Part shown: piece by piece, positions 25,409 to 39,600 of the stretch
Position numbering within the stretch: position 1 is the first letter of the stretch
Layout: each line of letters starts with the position of its first letter
Origin: Proteromonas lacertae
Lineage: Eukaryota
Reading direction: 5' to 3'
Length of the DNA stretch: 64,000 nucleotides
Assembly (NCBI GenBank): GCA_002245135.1
Contig: NGBS01000607.1
Location: forward strand, 1-64,000
Notes under the pieces: model-generated
The model's input: only the letters and a program-made list of their open reading frames with translations
What the model was told of the DNA's origin: nothing
Databases searched by the model: none
Program-made: the position numbers and the translations under genes

Positions 25409-26662
25409 TTAGTTTTCAATATTATATGTCACATTTAATCTATCTAAAATCATTAACACAACCTTATTAATTGTATTATTCAAATACACCAATCCATCAT
25501 CAGCAAGCCAACCAGTTTTACATACATTATCATTTCTTCTTCGATAATGATATATTATTCCTTCACTCTTCTTATCTACATTTCTCTCGTTTATTATTAA
25601 ACTACCATATGCAATATTATGTATATTAATATGATGGAATTTGTTTGTCATTATGGATAATATACTTTTGGAACTTACTAGCTGCCCATTCACAGTTTGA
25701 ATGGACTTTAAATATATCAAAATCTTTCATTCGATTAATTAACCATTTATTTTCATCATAATAAAACGTACGATAATCTTTACGATAGAAATAATATATA
25801 TCACTTTGATGATTATCGATTTTAGTTAATAATTCATCAATTGTTTTGATATTTCTATTGATTGGTACAATTATTTCATCCTGATCCATCATTATTATAT
25901 TCTTTGAATTTCCTTCGATATCTGTAAAAACAATCGTTCAATTTGATTGGCTGACCATAAAATGAATCTTTTGTTCGAATACTACTGTAAAAGGTGTAGT
26001 TTAATTCAATAATATCGATTATTCCCAGTTTATTGTAATATTTCATTATTTTATCAATTTCTTCATTCCATGACATCTTATATACTGCAAAATGATCAAT
26101 TCCATACAATCTATTGATTTCTAACCACTGTGTGAATGAATAAGAAACTGAATAACCAATGAATGTTGATAAACACATTGTATAATTGTACTTGATCAGG
26201 TTATTAGGTGAATTCATTATCTCTGGAGGTGGAATTCTCAGACACTTTTCATTTAAGATCAAAATTGTGGGTGAAAAATGTAATTTAGGAAAATAAATCC
26301 ACATATTGAAATAATTCTCAATATAATGATTATAAAACTTCAAAAATGCTTCACATTGTATTGAACTGTATGTAGATTTCAATTGACAAGAATATGGAAC
26401 GAGGCCTGTGATTTGTACCATAACCTAATATCCTATAATGACCCATTCTTTCATCATAAAACAATGATGTGATATAAATACCATCTTCTATCTCGAATGA
26501 GTTCATTTTTTCATAATCGAATATTGAACAATTATACCTGGTGATTACATGTAATGGTGGCTTGAGAGGATAAGTATACAAATTATAAAATGTGAAGAGC
26601 GGAAATGTGATGATTAGTATAAGGATCAGCGGCGGTATCTTCATAATCACCCTAAATCGCAT
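25409..26662 (-). CDS. Glycosyltransferase family 92 (DUF23)-like type II membrane protein; three apparent frameshifts
   Basis: N-terminal TM; MCLS..TQWLEINRLYGIDHFAVY; YGQ...NDCFYRYR; DQDE (DxD); KYII...HN...HYR. Confidence 0.75.
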
Positions 26663-26793
26663 ATACTAAAGACAATGAGCAAATGATAAACATTTTCATT
26701 GAAAAAATATATCACTTTTCTTAACTGTTATTTTTTAAAGAAAATTATTTTTATTTTGTTGTTGATATTTATTGTTAGTAAAAGTTATATAAA

Positions 26794-29700
26794 ATGAATG
26801 GACTCTTCTCAGAACAACTTGGCACACCGTTAGTTAGGCCAACAGCAACCAAATTCCCAGATGATCTTGTACCGAAAAGACCTAATGGATCAAGACCTGT
26901 GTCATCTATGAGTACACCTAGAGCAGGCAATAATCAGGATATTACAGCTATGTCACCAAGAAAAGCGAGATATTATCAAGGCTTAAGCAAATCAGAGGTT
27001 TCGCCTGAGTTATTATTTCATTTTGAAACTATTGAAAATGAAATACCTTATTTTTATCAAGTATATAGATGAAGATTATAAATTAATAGGGTGATGTTAC
27101 GAATTATACAACACAAACTGTGGCAATGAGATATGTATTGAAAAATAATATACAAATAAGAGGTGTAATAAAACGATTCTGGGATACACATACTAAAACA
27201 AAAAGTGGCGAAATTAACAAAGAAGAATATACAGGATTCTTAATAAAAGTACAGAGAGCATTATATGAAGATTTTGACTATGCCAAAGCAAAAGATATAG
27301 CTGAGAAAGAGTGGAGTCACGATTGTTCAAATTCTGATAGGTATAGATATAGATATATATGATAATATTTGGTTATATATGTGTAGTATGAATTTTCATG
27401 AATATTTTGATGCAATGTTTGAAATGGTAGATACTTGGACTGATGATATATCCGTTGAAAGTTATGTTGACTTTCTAGAGAAATTATATTCACGAATAAC
27501 CCAACAGAAAATGTCAGCATTCTTAATGGCATTGAAATATGGTAGAAAATGGAGGAATTTAATCAAAAAACAAAGTATCAACAGAAATTAACTATTATTT
27601 TATAGAAGTAGTAGATGGAATGGGTCAAAAAGGAGAAATGAGTGAAGAAGAAATCATGAAAGCACGTTTAAATATAGTATATATACAACTTAATTTATAA
27701 TTGAATTAATTAGACTGAAAAATATTCAAAGTTAGTAACAGCAACCAATTCATTATTATCCATCGCATGTCAAGAACGAGATATAAACGCGATCAAAATT
27801 ATTTTAGAAGATAAAAAAGGAGATGTTAATGAGATAGATAAAACAGGAGCAACATTACTAATGAAAGCATGTTTCAAAGGATATTATGACGTATGTAAGT
27901 TACTAATTGATTTAAAAGTCGATATAAATGTCCAAGATAACAATCAAAACACTGCACTTCATATAGCATGTAATAGAGGTTATAAAGATATAGTAGAATT
28001 GCTATTAACCAGTGGTGCATTAAGATTAAAGAATAAAGTAGGAGATAGACCAGCAATCCCGTAAGAAATTAAGACATTTTGTGAATGATAATGCTGCTGA
28101 TGCTTATGCATTGAAGAATGGTGGTAATAGAAGGAAGAGTAAAGTTGGTAATGGTAAAAGAAGATCATCCTATTGCTAGGAAATCAACTGTTGAAGATGA
28201 TGAAGCACCAAAGAAACCAAAGAAAGGACCAAAAGTATATATATATTCTTCTATTTTTTTTCTATTCTTTATTTTTATTTATTAAATATTATATAATAAA
28301 TAGAAAGGTGAATTAGTATCAGCAGTTAAATATGGCAATTTCAAATTAGTCTCATCTCTCTTAGATGATGGTGCAGATCCAAATGAACGTGATGTTGCTG
28401 GTAGTACAGCTTTAATGTTAGCTGCTTGGAATGGAGATCTCAGAATTGGTAGAGAATTAATCAAAAGAGGAGCTGATATAAATGCACAGAATCTAAGGTT
28501 AAATACTGCATTTACACTTTGCTTATGAGAAAGATAGAACTGCTTTTATTAAACTATTAGAGTCAAAAGGTGCAATGAAAACTGCCAATGCTTTAGGACA
28601 GATTCCATTAACAAAGAATGAGATATTAAGTCAAGAAAATTCCAATTTAAATATTGAATCAAATATTAGCTCAAGAAAATCTAAAAGCAAAGTATCGAAT
28701 GGCTGGTTTAGGTGTGTTAAGTGTAGCTGCTTTAGAAGGTAATGTAGAACAAAGTGATGAAGTGTTTATCTAAAGGATGTCAAGTCAATGAGAGAGATAA
28801 TAATGGAAGTACTCCTTTACATCATGCTACTTGGTATGGTAGAGTAGAAGTGGTAAGAATATTGTTACAATCAGGAGCTGATCCAAATGTATATATATAT
28901 ATATATATTATTTCTATATTTATCTTTTGTATAGTCTCAGAATATGAGAGGAAATACAGCCTTTACACTTTCGCCTATGAAAAGAATAATAAAGAAATCA
29001 TCTCTTTACTAGAATCACATGGTGCACAAAAGCTTCGTAACAGTTTAGGTCAAATACCAGGCCATCAAGCCAATAAAGAATCAATTAGCTAAAAAAAGAG
29101 AACAACAAAAACAACAACATAAATATAGTGCTGAAGGTTTAGCAATAGCCTGTAAGAATGGTGATATAAAAGGAAGTTACTATGATATTAGCTGCTGGTG
29201 TTAGTCCAAATGTACAAGATAGTAATTGTAGTACTCCTTTAATGCATGCTGTTTGGAGAAGTAATTATCAATTGTGTGAATTATTGTTAGATAGTGGAGC
29301 TGATCCAAATGTATAAATATGATGTTTTATATTATTATTTTATTTATTTATTTAGATTCAAAATTTGAGAAAGAATACAGCTCTTCATTTCGCTTATGAA
29401 AAAGATAATGAAGATATTATCAATTTATTAGAAACAAGAGGCGCTAGTAAAATGAAAAACTCATTAGGTGTATATCCAGGTGAAAAAATAGCTCCAGTGA
29501 AGAATGATAATAAAATAGACTTACCAATTAGCATAATAGATGCATCAAAATCAAATAATTTAGATTTGATAAAGACATTATTAAAACAGAAAGTAGATGT
29601 GAATATGAAAGATCCAAGTGGTTCAACTGCTTTGATGAGTGCAGCTTGGAATGAGAATAAAGAAATTATTGAAACTTTATTATTGAATAATGCTGATCCA

Positions 29701-31498
29701 AATGTATAAATATATTATTATTATTATTATTAATAGATTCAAAATTTGAGATTAAATACTGCTTTACACTTTGCCTATGAGAAGAACAATATTGAAATAA
29801 TCAAATTATTAGAAAAATATGGTGCAAAAAGAGTGAAAAATGCACTTGGTCTATATCCAGGAGATGTATTAAAGAAACAAATAGAGAATAATTCTATAGT
29901 TCTAATCACTAAAAATGATAGTTTATGTAGTGCAGTAAAATCAGGAAATATTGAGAAAGTGAAATATTTAATTGATCATGGAATAGATATAAATGAAAAA
30001 GATAAAAGTGGAAGTACACCAATGATTCATGCTGTATGGAAGAATAGATTAGATATTGTGAAACTATTGATAGAGAATGGATCAGATTTAAATGTATATT
30101 TTATTAATTATTTATTTTATATATAGTTGGCAAATCTACAAGGAAATACTCCACTCCATTTCGCTTATGAAAAAGATAATAAAGAAATAATCGAATTATT
30201 AGAAAGTAATGGTGCAAAGAAAGTAGCTAATACATTAGGTTTAAAACCAGGTGATACAATTCAACATCCTACAAATTTAATACCAACACAAAGTTTATCA
30301 GATGCAGTAAAAGGTAATGATTTTGATACTGTAAAGATATTAGTGGAAAATAAAGATTCCATTAAGAATTTCAATATTAATGAGAAAGATAAAAGTGGTA
30401 GTACTCCACTAATACATGCTGTATGGAATGGAAATATAGAAATAGTGAAGATATTGGTGGAAAATGGAGGAGATGTAAATGTATATATATAAACACTATT
30501 ATTTTTATTTTTATTATTTATAGATTGCTAATCTAAGAAAGAATACACCTCTTCATTTCGCCTATGAAAAGAAATATCAGAATATAATCGACTATTTAGA
30601 ATCACACGGTTCAATCAAATCACGTAATTCACTAGGTTTATTACCAGGACAAGATGCTAAAACATTACCACCACAAAACCTCAATACCTTAGATGAAAAG
30701 GAATTAGAAGCTTTAGAAGCCTTTTCATTTAATGATGTTCAAATACCAGACGAACCAATGTCTAGAAGAACAAGTATGATGTCATCAACAGGTAGAAACA
30801 GTGTAATGTCAGATAATAGTTCAATCAATAGATTATCAAAGTTAGAAAGGTATAACAAGGTAGGTATGAAAGAATATATTGATACAAATAAACCAGAAGT
30901 TATATTCTTAGATCCACCACAGACTTTATCACCATTGGCTAGTAGTTGTGCTTGTGGAGATATTGAGAAAGTGAAAGAATGTATATTGAGAGGTGATTTG
31001 ATTGATTTGAGAAGTAATGGTGGAAATACTCCGTTGATGTTTGCTGTATATATTATTTATTATTATTTATTATACTTAGTGTTGTAATGGTCATATTGAT
31101 ATTGTAAGATTCTTAGTGAATTGTGGTGCAAATATTAATGTATATATATTTTATTATTCTATTTTATTCTATTATTTATTTATTAGTATAAAAATAAATC
31201 TGGTCAAACAGCAGTTGATTTAGCAGATATTTATGAAAATACACAAATAATGAATTATCTAAATGGAAGTAGGAATGTTGAAGATATGTTATCTTCAGAA
31301 GAAGAAATAAAATATAAACGAAATATAAATTCTCCTGTTAGACCTAAAACTACACCATCTCCAAGAATGGGAATGAGAACGAGAAGAGTGAAAGAACAAT
31401 TATGTAGTACAACTCCCAGTAGAAGATGGCAGGAAAGTAGATTATCAGATAGAGGATCTTCCTTTAATCAATACAAACAAGAAGTTCATTTTCATTAA
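26794..31498 (+). CDS. EF-hand-like N-terminus plus eight tandem three-ankyrin-repeat units
   Basis: SGEINKEEY; repeated GSTPL(M/H)HA.W and NTALHFAYEK units; many GT-AG introns; a few indels. Confidence 0.85.
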
Positions 31499-31676
31499 TT
31501 TAATACTATAATTGATATTAAGTTGTTTTTAATTATATTGCTGTTTTTTTAATATAAAATGAATTAAACATAATGTAATTATAAAGAATTAAAAATGTAA
31601 TCAAGGTTTCAATGTAAAATATTTAACTTACAAATCAAAAGAAAAATGTTTGATGAATCTTCTTCATTTATTTGTT

Positions 31677-32501
31677 CTATTTTATCTGTTTGAGTTTATC
31701 ACCTGTTTTATTATCAATATAATACACTTTCCCATCTCCATCATCTTGGGTTGTCTCTACTCTTCCATCTGGATATTTGGTTGTTGTTGTTCTTCTTGTT
31801 ACTTTCTTACCATTTACATAAATTGTCTGTGTACGTGTTGACTTGGATATTCCACCTCCACCACCCATTGATGAAGAGGAAAATGAACTAAACGTTGAAC
31901 TACCACCTCCGCCAAAACCATCATCAAAACCTCCAAATCCACCAAATCCACCAAAACCACCTCCAAAGAAATCATCTCCAAATCCTCCAAATGGATCAAA
32001 GCCATGATGATTAGATCTATTATTGTTTCCTTTTCTTGGATGACCAAAACCATCAAAATCATCGAAATCATCGTCGAACATTTCAAATGGATTTCTTCCA
32101 CCAAAAAATTGTGAAAATATATCAGCAGCATTAGCGAATGAAAAGTCATGAAATCCACTATAATCCACCATCTCCTCCATCTCCTCCAACTGTTCCATAC
32201 ATGTCATATTCTCTACGTTTCTGTGGGTCACTCTAGCAAAGTAATTATATAAATATACTAAAACAGAGTAAGCTTCACCTATTTCTTGGAATTTTGCTGA
32301 AGCAGCTTCACGATTGTCTGGAATTTTTATCCTACAATATAATTGAATGGTATAGAAATACTGGATGCCATTTTACTATAAAAAATACAAACAAATAAAA
32401 AACATACAAGCTAATTTCCTATAAGCTTTCTTAATTTCATTCTCATCTGCATCTTTAGATACTCCTAATATCTCATAATAGTCTTTCTTGTTAGAAGGCA
32501 T
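31677..32501 (-). CDS. DnaJ class B co-chaperone (DNAJB6-like): J domain plus G/F-rich region
   Basis: [30 protein letters not shown]...[20 protein letters not shown]-rich region; STRTQT..VNGKKVT. Confidence 0.9.
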
Positions 32502-32623
32502 AACAAATAGAAAAATAGATTATTCTAGAAAAAATACATGTATTTACAGTTGTAATTTACACTAATTTACATATTCAAAAAAAACATACAACTATGTAAA
32601 AGAATAAATAATATATATTATTA

Positions 32624-33139
32624 TTACAACTCATTTTCATCTGTCTTTACACAAGGCATATTGTAATTCTCTTTGATAAAATTATCAATATTATCAAAAG
32701 TTGGTTCATCTTCAAATACTACAGGATCTGTTTTATCACATCTACTGAAATACTATTAATAAATTATAACTATATAATTGTTAAATACTAATAAATAAGG
32801 AACATCACTAATTCCTAAATCAATTCCTAACTTTTTATATTCTTCAAAATGCATTCCAGCTAATACTAACAATTTATCTTTTTCATATTTTATTCCTAAT
32901 TTCATCCATTTTGGAGCTAAATCAATTGAATGATCACTCCTAAAATGTAATTTATTAATAATATTCATACCAGCTAGCAAATACATTTAAAAATACATCT
33001 TTCTTTTCATCATATACTATTTTTCTGAAGTTTTTGGCATTAACAGGAACAACTATTGCCTATAAGATATATAATATGAAAATACATCAGCAGTTAATAG
33101 CGTTAGTAGTAATATTATGAAAATTAAATAATTATTCAT
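32624..33139 (-). CDS. Secretory-pathway single-domain thioredoxin/PDI-like protein, redox-inactive
   Basis: Signal peptide; spliced DVFLNVFASWSDHSIDLAPKW; VPYL cis-Pro loop; C-terminal ENEL. Confidence 0.7.
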
Positions 33140-33162
33140 TGAGAAAAAGGAAATTCAAAAAA

Positions 33163-33177
33163 TCAAGCAAAGCTTGA
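33163..33177. promoter_or_regulatory. Inverted pair of the candidate promoter motif (TCAAGC-aaa-GCTTGA) in a 67-bp divergent intergenic region
   Basis: Lies between the starts at 33139 (-) and 33207 (+); the same hexamer recurs upstream of several other genes. Confidence 0.5.
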
Positions 33178-33206
33178 AAATCTATTCTGAATTAATTGAT
33201 TATTTG

Positions 33207-33561
33207 ATGAATAGAGTGTTGAAGCGTAGTATTTTTAGTTGTATCGAAATATTTGTTATTGTAATGATTAATTAGTCATGAAAGGATTCTCTCAAAAAGA
33301 AGTAATAGCTGAAAAAGTGTTGCCTTTAATTGTTGATCCGTTAACAAAGGTATAAGCATATATTATGCAATATTTAATAGGAGAAATTAGTTTATGACAA
33401 ATCACAGAATATATTGGTTAATAACTCACTAAATTTGGCTTATATATCTTTTTATTATATATTATTATTCATTTATACACTTTAATGCAGTTTAAAGAAT
33501 AGAAGATGGAATTGTTATCTTAGATCCTCACGAAGCTATACCTTTAGATAGTTCAAAATAA
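33207..33561 (+). CDS. PYURF: PreY/Trm112-like (UPF0434) protein with a presequence-like N-terminus
   Basis: Spliced MNRVLKRSIFSFMKGFSQKEVIAEKVLPLIVDPLTKEKLVYDKSQNILVNNSLNLAYRIEDGIVILDPHEAIPL; absent from the ORF track because of 3 introns. Confidence 0.75.
33444..33495 (+). other. U12-type intron, AT-AA, 52 nt
   Basis: 5' ATATCTTTT; branch site CACTTTAAT; 3' TTTAA. Removal restores the Trm112-type AY-x-I-x-DGI motif. Confidence 0.8.
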
Positions 33562-33697
33562 AATTTTTGAGTAGCTTTATTTAAATATAATGATATTTAT
33601 GACATAAAATGTATTATTTCAAGAAAAATCATTCATTAAACAAAAAAAGGATTTGAATTTAAAAATTCGCGCCTTACTATTTAAAAGAGAAAATATC

Positions 33698-36595
33698 ATG
33701 ACTGCAGTTGAAATTTCTGAAATAGTTTATTTTAAATTACCTATTCAGTGAGTGTCAATACATTATGACAAACGAAGCATGCTTATCTTCAGTAATTTAT
33801 ACTGTTGAGATAAATCCAGCAGTTAAAAGGTTTTAAAATACTCTACTGACATTATCCCTAGGTGTAGAAATATTGTAACCAATGTTGAAGACATAGACCA
33901 GCTTAATGTCATTATTTCTGCTGCTTCTTGTTCAAATCTCAAAAATGAAGTAGAATCGTTAATGAATAATTATGTTCGAATAGATAATGAATGTAGTAAG
34001 ACTATAAATGTATATATTTTACTTTTTTATTAATTAGGAGCTTATAGACCATATTATCGAAGAAGATGAGAAAAACAAAGGAAAGTATGACAATGACAGT
34101 GGATCAGAAACAGAATGTGATTCAGAATATGACATTCCAACAGAAATGGGCAAACTCTCAAGCTTACCTGACTATTCAACCCCTTACGTTCGAGTCGCCA
34201 AACATTGTATATAGATATAAATACATTATTATAGCAATATGAATGTGACAAGTGTAAATCGAAGATTGATTCATACTCAGAGAATAGATACAAGTGTATA
34301 GAATGCCACAACATTGATTTATGTGAAAACTGCTATTTAAGTGGTGAAAGTATATATATATATATATATAATTATAAATAGAATATGAAAGTAAAAACCA
34401 TAAACAGAAACATCAAATAATAAAAATCCCAAAATATCAAACAATCAACAACTTACACTACAATCCAAACTTCCATTGCGCATTGGAAGATGAATTATCC
34501 ATTTTAAATGCAATTATTCTCTGTGGTTTAGATTTCGAAAGAATTAGTGTAATATGTGGTAAAGGAAATTATAAAAACTATGAAGAATATTTCTATTTGA
34601 AGTTATTACCATTATTCTCTAATAAAAATGATAATAATTATGGAAATGATGAAGAAGAAGATATGAAATATATCAATAGAAGTGTTGATTATAGTGTGGG
34701 GTATGAAAAGAATGAAAATATTTTCACACCCCAAGTCAAAGATGTAATTATTGGTAAATATGACACTAGAGATGGTAATAATAATAATAATGCATTTGAT
34801 TTATTGATTAGTAATTATGTCATTAATAATATAAGTGAATTGAAGAGTAAGAGAAAGTATAAAGATAAGAGTAAATATGATGTTGATCAATCATATATGT
34901 ATGGAATGATATGTATATATTATAAATAGTGTTTTATTATTAATATATTATAGGGTTATTCTTACCTGAAAGTAGTACTTTATCAGTATTAACGATAGAA
35001 AGATATAATGAGAACAGTAGTAAGTTCCAATTAAGATGTATTACTATATATTATAAATATTATTATAAATAGTAAATCGTGAAAGAATCTATACCAAATT
35101 AGAAGAGAGTGACTGTTGTAGTTATTTATACACAAAGAACAAAGAAATAATAAAAAGATTACAGAATAAAAGGAATAAGAAAATAAAGTTAGTGAAGAAT
35201 ATTACTATTAACGAAGATAGTGATAGTGATAGTGAAAGTGATGAAGACTCCATAAAGATATTTGACAAATATTTAAAGAAGATAAATGTATCAAAAATGA
35301 AAGAAAATGATAATAAAGTTGTTGTGAATAAAAACAGCAATAATAATGTTTATATAAAACCATCTATTACTTCATCATATCCATTATTGTATCCAATTAA
35401 TATCAGTAATATAGACTACTGTTGGGTATGTTTAAATAATAATAATAATAATAATCAAAACAATCCATTATTAGAATGTAAAATATGTTGTGGAGTTATT
35501 CACAAAGTATCTATCTATCTATCTATATCTCTCTATATATAATAGTATTGTTATGGATATAAAGATATCAATATAATCGATATTAATAAGTGGATTTGTG
35601 ATAGATGTAGTTATTATAAAGAAAAGTATTTAGATCATAATGAGTGTGCTATCTGTCCAATCAAAGGTAAAGGTGTAATGAAATGTAATTCAAAAGGCGA
35701 AACTGTCCATCCAGTATATATTAATATATATATATATATATAGTTGTGTTATTTCAGTAGTAATAATAATGGTAATTTCAGTAATATAAAAATAATTGAT
35801 AAAAATGATAATGATTTTATTATAGAGAATAATAGGAATAGTTTAATGCCAAAGTGTAAAATATGTTGTAATTTATATGGAGATGTTGTTTATTGTGGTT
35901 GTATGATTAAGAAATGTAAGTTCCCATGTCATGTTCAATGTGCTAATCTACACAATATATCATTTATATATATAAATATTATAATTATTATGTATTCTTT
36001 AATATTATTGTTTTAATTATGTTCAATTATTCAGAATGATGATGATAATAATAATGTTAGAATCACTCCTTATTGTCTTACTCATTATGAGAATAAACAT
36101 AAACCTGTTATTAATCATGAAATTAGTAACGTGATATTTCATTCGTGGAGTCCTGTCGTTATTTTGAAAACTAATGGTTATACATTTATTAAACCTTTAC
36201 CTTTTATTGCTCCTTGTTATTTGAAAGAAGAGAATAATATAAAGAAAGAAAAGGAAGAAGGAATTGAAAAAGAAAACATTAATAATTCTATTATTCTACC
36301 ATCTTCCAAACGTGTTGAAGTAAAAAGAGTATTAGCATTACATAATACTAATGTGAAAGAAGAAAATGAAGTAAAGAAGTGTAATGAAGAGAAGAAAGGA
36401 AAAGAGAATAATAATGAAGTTGTTTTACCATCACCAAAATGTGTAAAAGTAAAGAGAGTATTACCTATTCAAAATAGCAATATGAAAAAGGAGAAAAAAA
36501 GAAAAACAGCAAGAAGTAAAAGTATTCTGAATGTATATCCAACAAAAATTACAAGATCTATGAGAGATGATGATTTAATTATGGGTTTATTTTAA
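33698..36595 (+). CDS. Chromatin regulator with ZZ zinc finger, SANT-like domain and PHD-zinc knuckle-PHD (PZP) module
   Basis: YECDKC...RYKCIECHNIDLCENCY; EDELSILNAI...DFERIS; CWVC...LLECKICCGVIHKYCYG..WICDRC; CAICP..VHPLC; CKIC...CHVQCA...YCLTH. Confidence 0.8.
35957..36016 (+). other. U12-type intron, AT-AA, 60 nt (alternative AG end at 36034)
   Basis: 5' ATATCATTT; branch site TTCTTTAAT at 35995-36003; an in-frame TAA at 36014-36016 must be removed to reach the final PHD ligands (YCLTH). Confidence 0.7.
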
Positions 36596-36639
36596 AACAC
36601 AACACATTTATTATAATAACAATCATTTTATTATTTTGA

Positions 36640-39600
36640 TTATTCTTCATCAAATTTATGAGAAATTTCTTTGTATTTAGTTCCATCTTCATCATTTCCC
36701 TATTGTAATATATCTTTATAACTCATATTTATACACATAAATAAAAACTATCAGATAAACCTTTATAACATAACATCTTTTCTTTGTTACTTTCTGCAAA
36801 TTCTGTTGCTTTACTGTAATATGATATACTTTTTACTGTATCTTTCTATATTATCATTATTATTTTATTATCAATATACCATTTTCAAATAACAATTCCC
36901 TATCTCATTATTACATTCAAATCTTTCTTTATCTAATGAACAATTACTTAAACATTTCATCAAATATTCAATGGCTTCTTCTGGTTTATTCATTTGCATA
37001 TAACATAATCCTATATTTAAATCAGTTTCATATTTATTATCTCTAGTTTTTGCCTTTTCAGATGCAATAGTCAAATGAGATAATGCTTCTTCAAATTCTT
37101 CCTATAACAATACAACAACAATCATATATATATATATATTTACCATTTTACAGTAACAATCACCTATTGAAGATTCACAAATGAAAATTTCTTCTTCATC
37201 TTCTGCTGTTTCTAGTTTTGACTCAAATATTGGTATTGCTTCTTCATACAACCCCTATAACTATGTAATTTCTAAATGTAATACAAGACTATGATATGTA
37301 ACAGCAATATTTATATCATCTTCAATTTGTTTATCCTCATTTATAATAGATTCAATATTTATATTATTCTCTCTACATTGCTTTATATTTTCCTTTTAGT
37401 TTATATAAATATTTAAAAATACAATCTCTTTGTAACATAATTCTAACCTGCCATTCGCTTCACTCTTTTCCTCTTCAGATGATGAATATTTTATACCCTC
37501 TTTAAAATATGGGATAGCTTCTTCTGGTTTATCCTATTCATATATTATATATTTGTATATAGTATAAATACTCTATAGAAATAATATTGTCCTAAATTTA
37601 TATTCGCAGCATATTTTTCATCCTTTGCTTTTGCATTCTTTGACAAGAATATCCAATGAGGAAAAGCTTTTTCTTCATTATCCTATTACATACGAATATA
37701 GAAAAAACAATATACTAAATTACTATAACAACTACTTAATAATCTTCTGCATCTAATTATATCATCTTCATTATTTAATAATTTCAATTCATCTTCACAA
37801 TATTTTGCTGCTTCAATATCATCTCCCTATACAACAACAATAGAAACAAAAATACTATAGCATAACACATATTAGTAATAATATCCAACACTGCTTTTCG
37901 TTTATCGTCTGTTGATGCATATTTAAGAGCTTCTTTACAGTATTTAATTGTTGATTTGTAATCTTCCTAAAATTGTTATAACATATACATACAATTGAAA
38001 TATATTCTTTTGCTAAACTAAAATTACAATTATATCCTTCATCATCTGATGAAACATACTTTAAAGCATCTTTATATGTTGGTCTTAGTTTTTCTTTTTT
38101 CCCCTAAATCATTAATAACAATAAACATACAAGTTTTGTATAACAATCAATAACCATCATTTTACATTTATATGATTCATTCTTATTTGATGTATTATCT
38201 ACTGCTTTATTAAGATATTTAATTGCTTCATCATATTTTGACTATTATAAACATAATTATTGAATTAATACTGTCGCAATACACAATCCTGCTGCTGTAA
38301 AATCACATAAATACAAATTTTCTTTTTCACTTTTTGTGGCATATTTTTCTGCTGTTGTAATATACTTCAATGCTTCTTCAAATTCATGTTTTCAATATTA
38401 AACAGCGACCTAATTTGAAATTACTGTCAAATTTTAGTAAATCGGATTGGGCATGTTTTAATGCTTCTCTTAGATATGGAACTTGTTTCTCATATTCTTT
38501 CTATTATTTATATTATCAGATATTAGTTTTATACTAAATTGTAATAACATTCACTAATTCCATTATTTATATTCCATAATTCTTCTTCATTTAAAGATTC
38601 GTTCAAACATTGTTTAAATAATTCCATTGACTATTTATCAAATATACAAAATAGATATACTTTTTCATATTCTTTATTTTCTAATAATGAAACAGCAGTA
38701 TCTAAAAGATTATCAGAATCTGATTTTTCACCATTTTCATTCATATTCTGTTTTATATACTCTTTATCTTCATTAGATGTATTCTCTTCTATCATTTTTT
38801 CTAAATCATCTAGATGTTTCATTTCATTAGAGTCTTTTGCATATATTTTTGATTTTTGAATATAGTTTTTGGACTTTTCAGTATTTCCCTATTAAAGAAC
38901 ACAAAATATTAATACGATTTTTTCATAAGATAATCCTAAAATAATACTAAGCAGAATACTTTTCAATTTCAGATGAAGCATACATTAAACTCTTTTCTTC
39001 ATATTGTATTGCTTCTTTAGGTTTATCCTATAGACATAAATAAATATTTATCATAAAATACAATTGAGTAATAGCATGATCCCAAACCAGCATAAGCTAC
39101 GTATTTGTCATTCTTTGTTTGTGCATTATTTGCTACATATAACCAATGTGGAATTGCTTCATCGAATTTTTTCTATGAATAATAATATAACATGTTTTAA
39201 TACAATTTTCATATAACAACCAGCTAATTGTCTTCTACAATCAAAAATAGTTACTTTATTTGTAGAAATTTTTAATACACACTCTATAGTTTGAATAGAT
39301 TCTTCATATTTTCCCTATTATTATTAAATATGTTTAAAGAAATACTAAACCAAACTGACTCAATCCAATTGTGTATAATGGTGGAACTTTATCAATTTCA
39401 TTTGTTATATGATTTAATGCAAATTTGCTATATTTTATTGCAGTATCATATTCTTTCTACATCATAACAATATATATAAGTAGATATACAATTAGATATA
39501 AACATTTTCCTAACATTTTATTACATTCAAATTTTTCATCTTCTGTCGTTGAATCTTTAATTGCTATCTGGTAATATTCTATTGATTTATCATATTTTTT

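Noticed and set aside
11669..28064. Stop-codon reassignment suggested by in-frame TAA at 11669 and 28062
   Set aside because: Long conserved ORFs (IFT70, CTPS, the 2765-aa ORF) have no internal TAA/TAG and end at normal stops; these two cases lie in decayed or error-rich spots.
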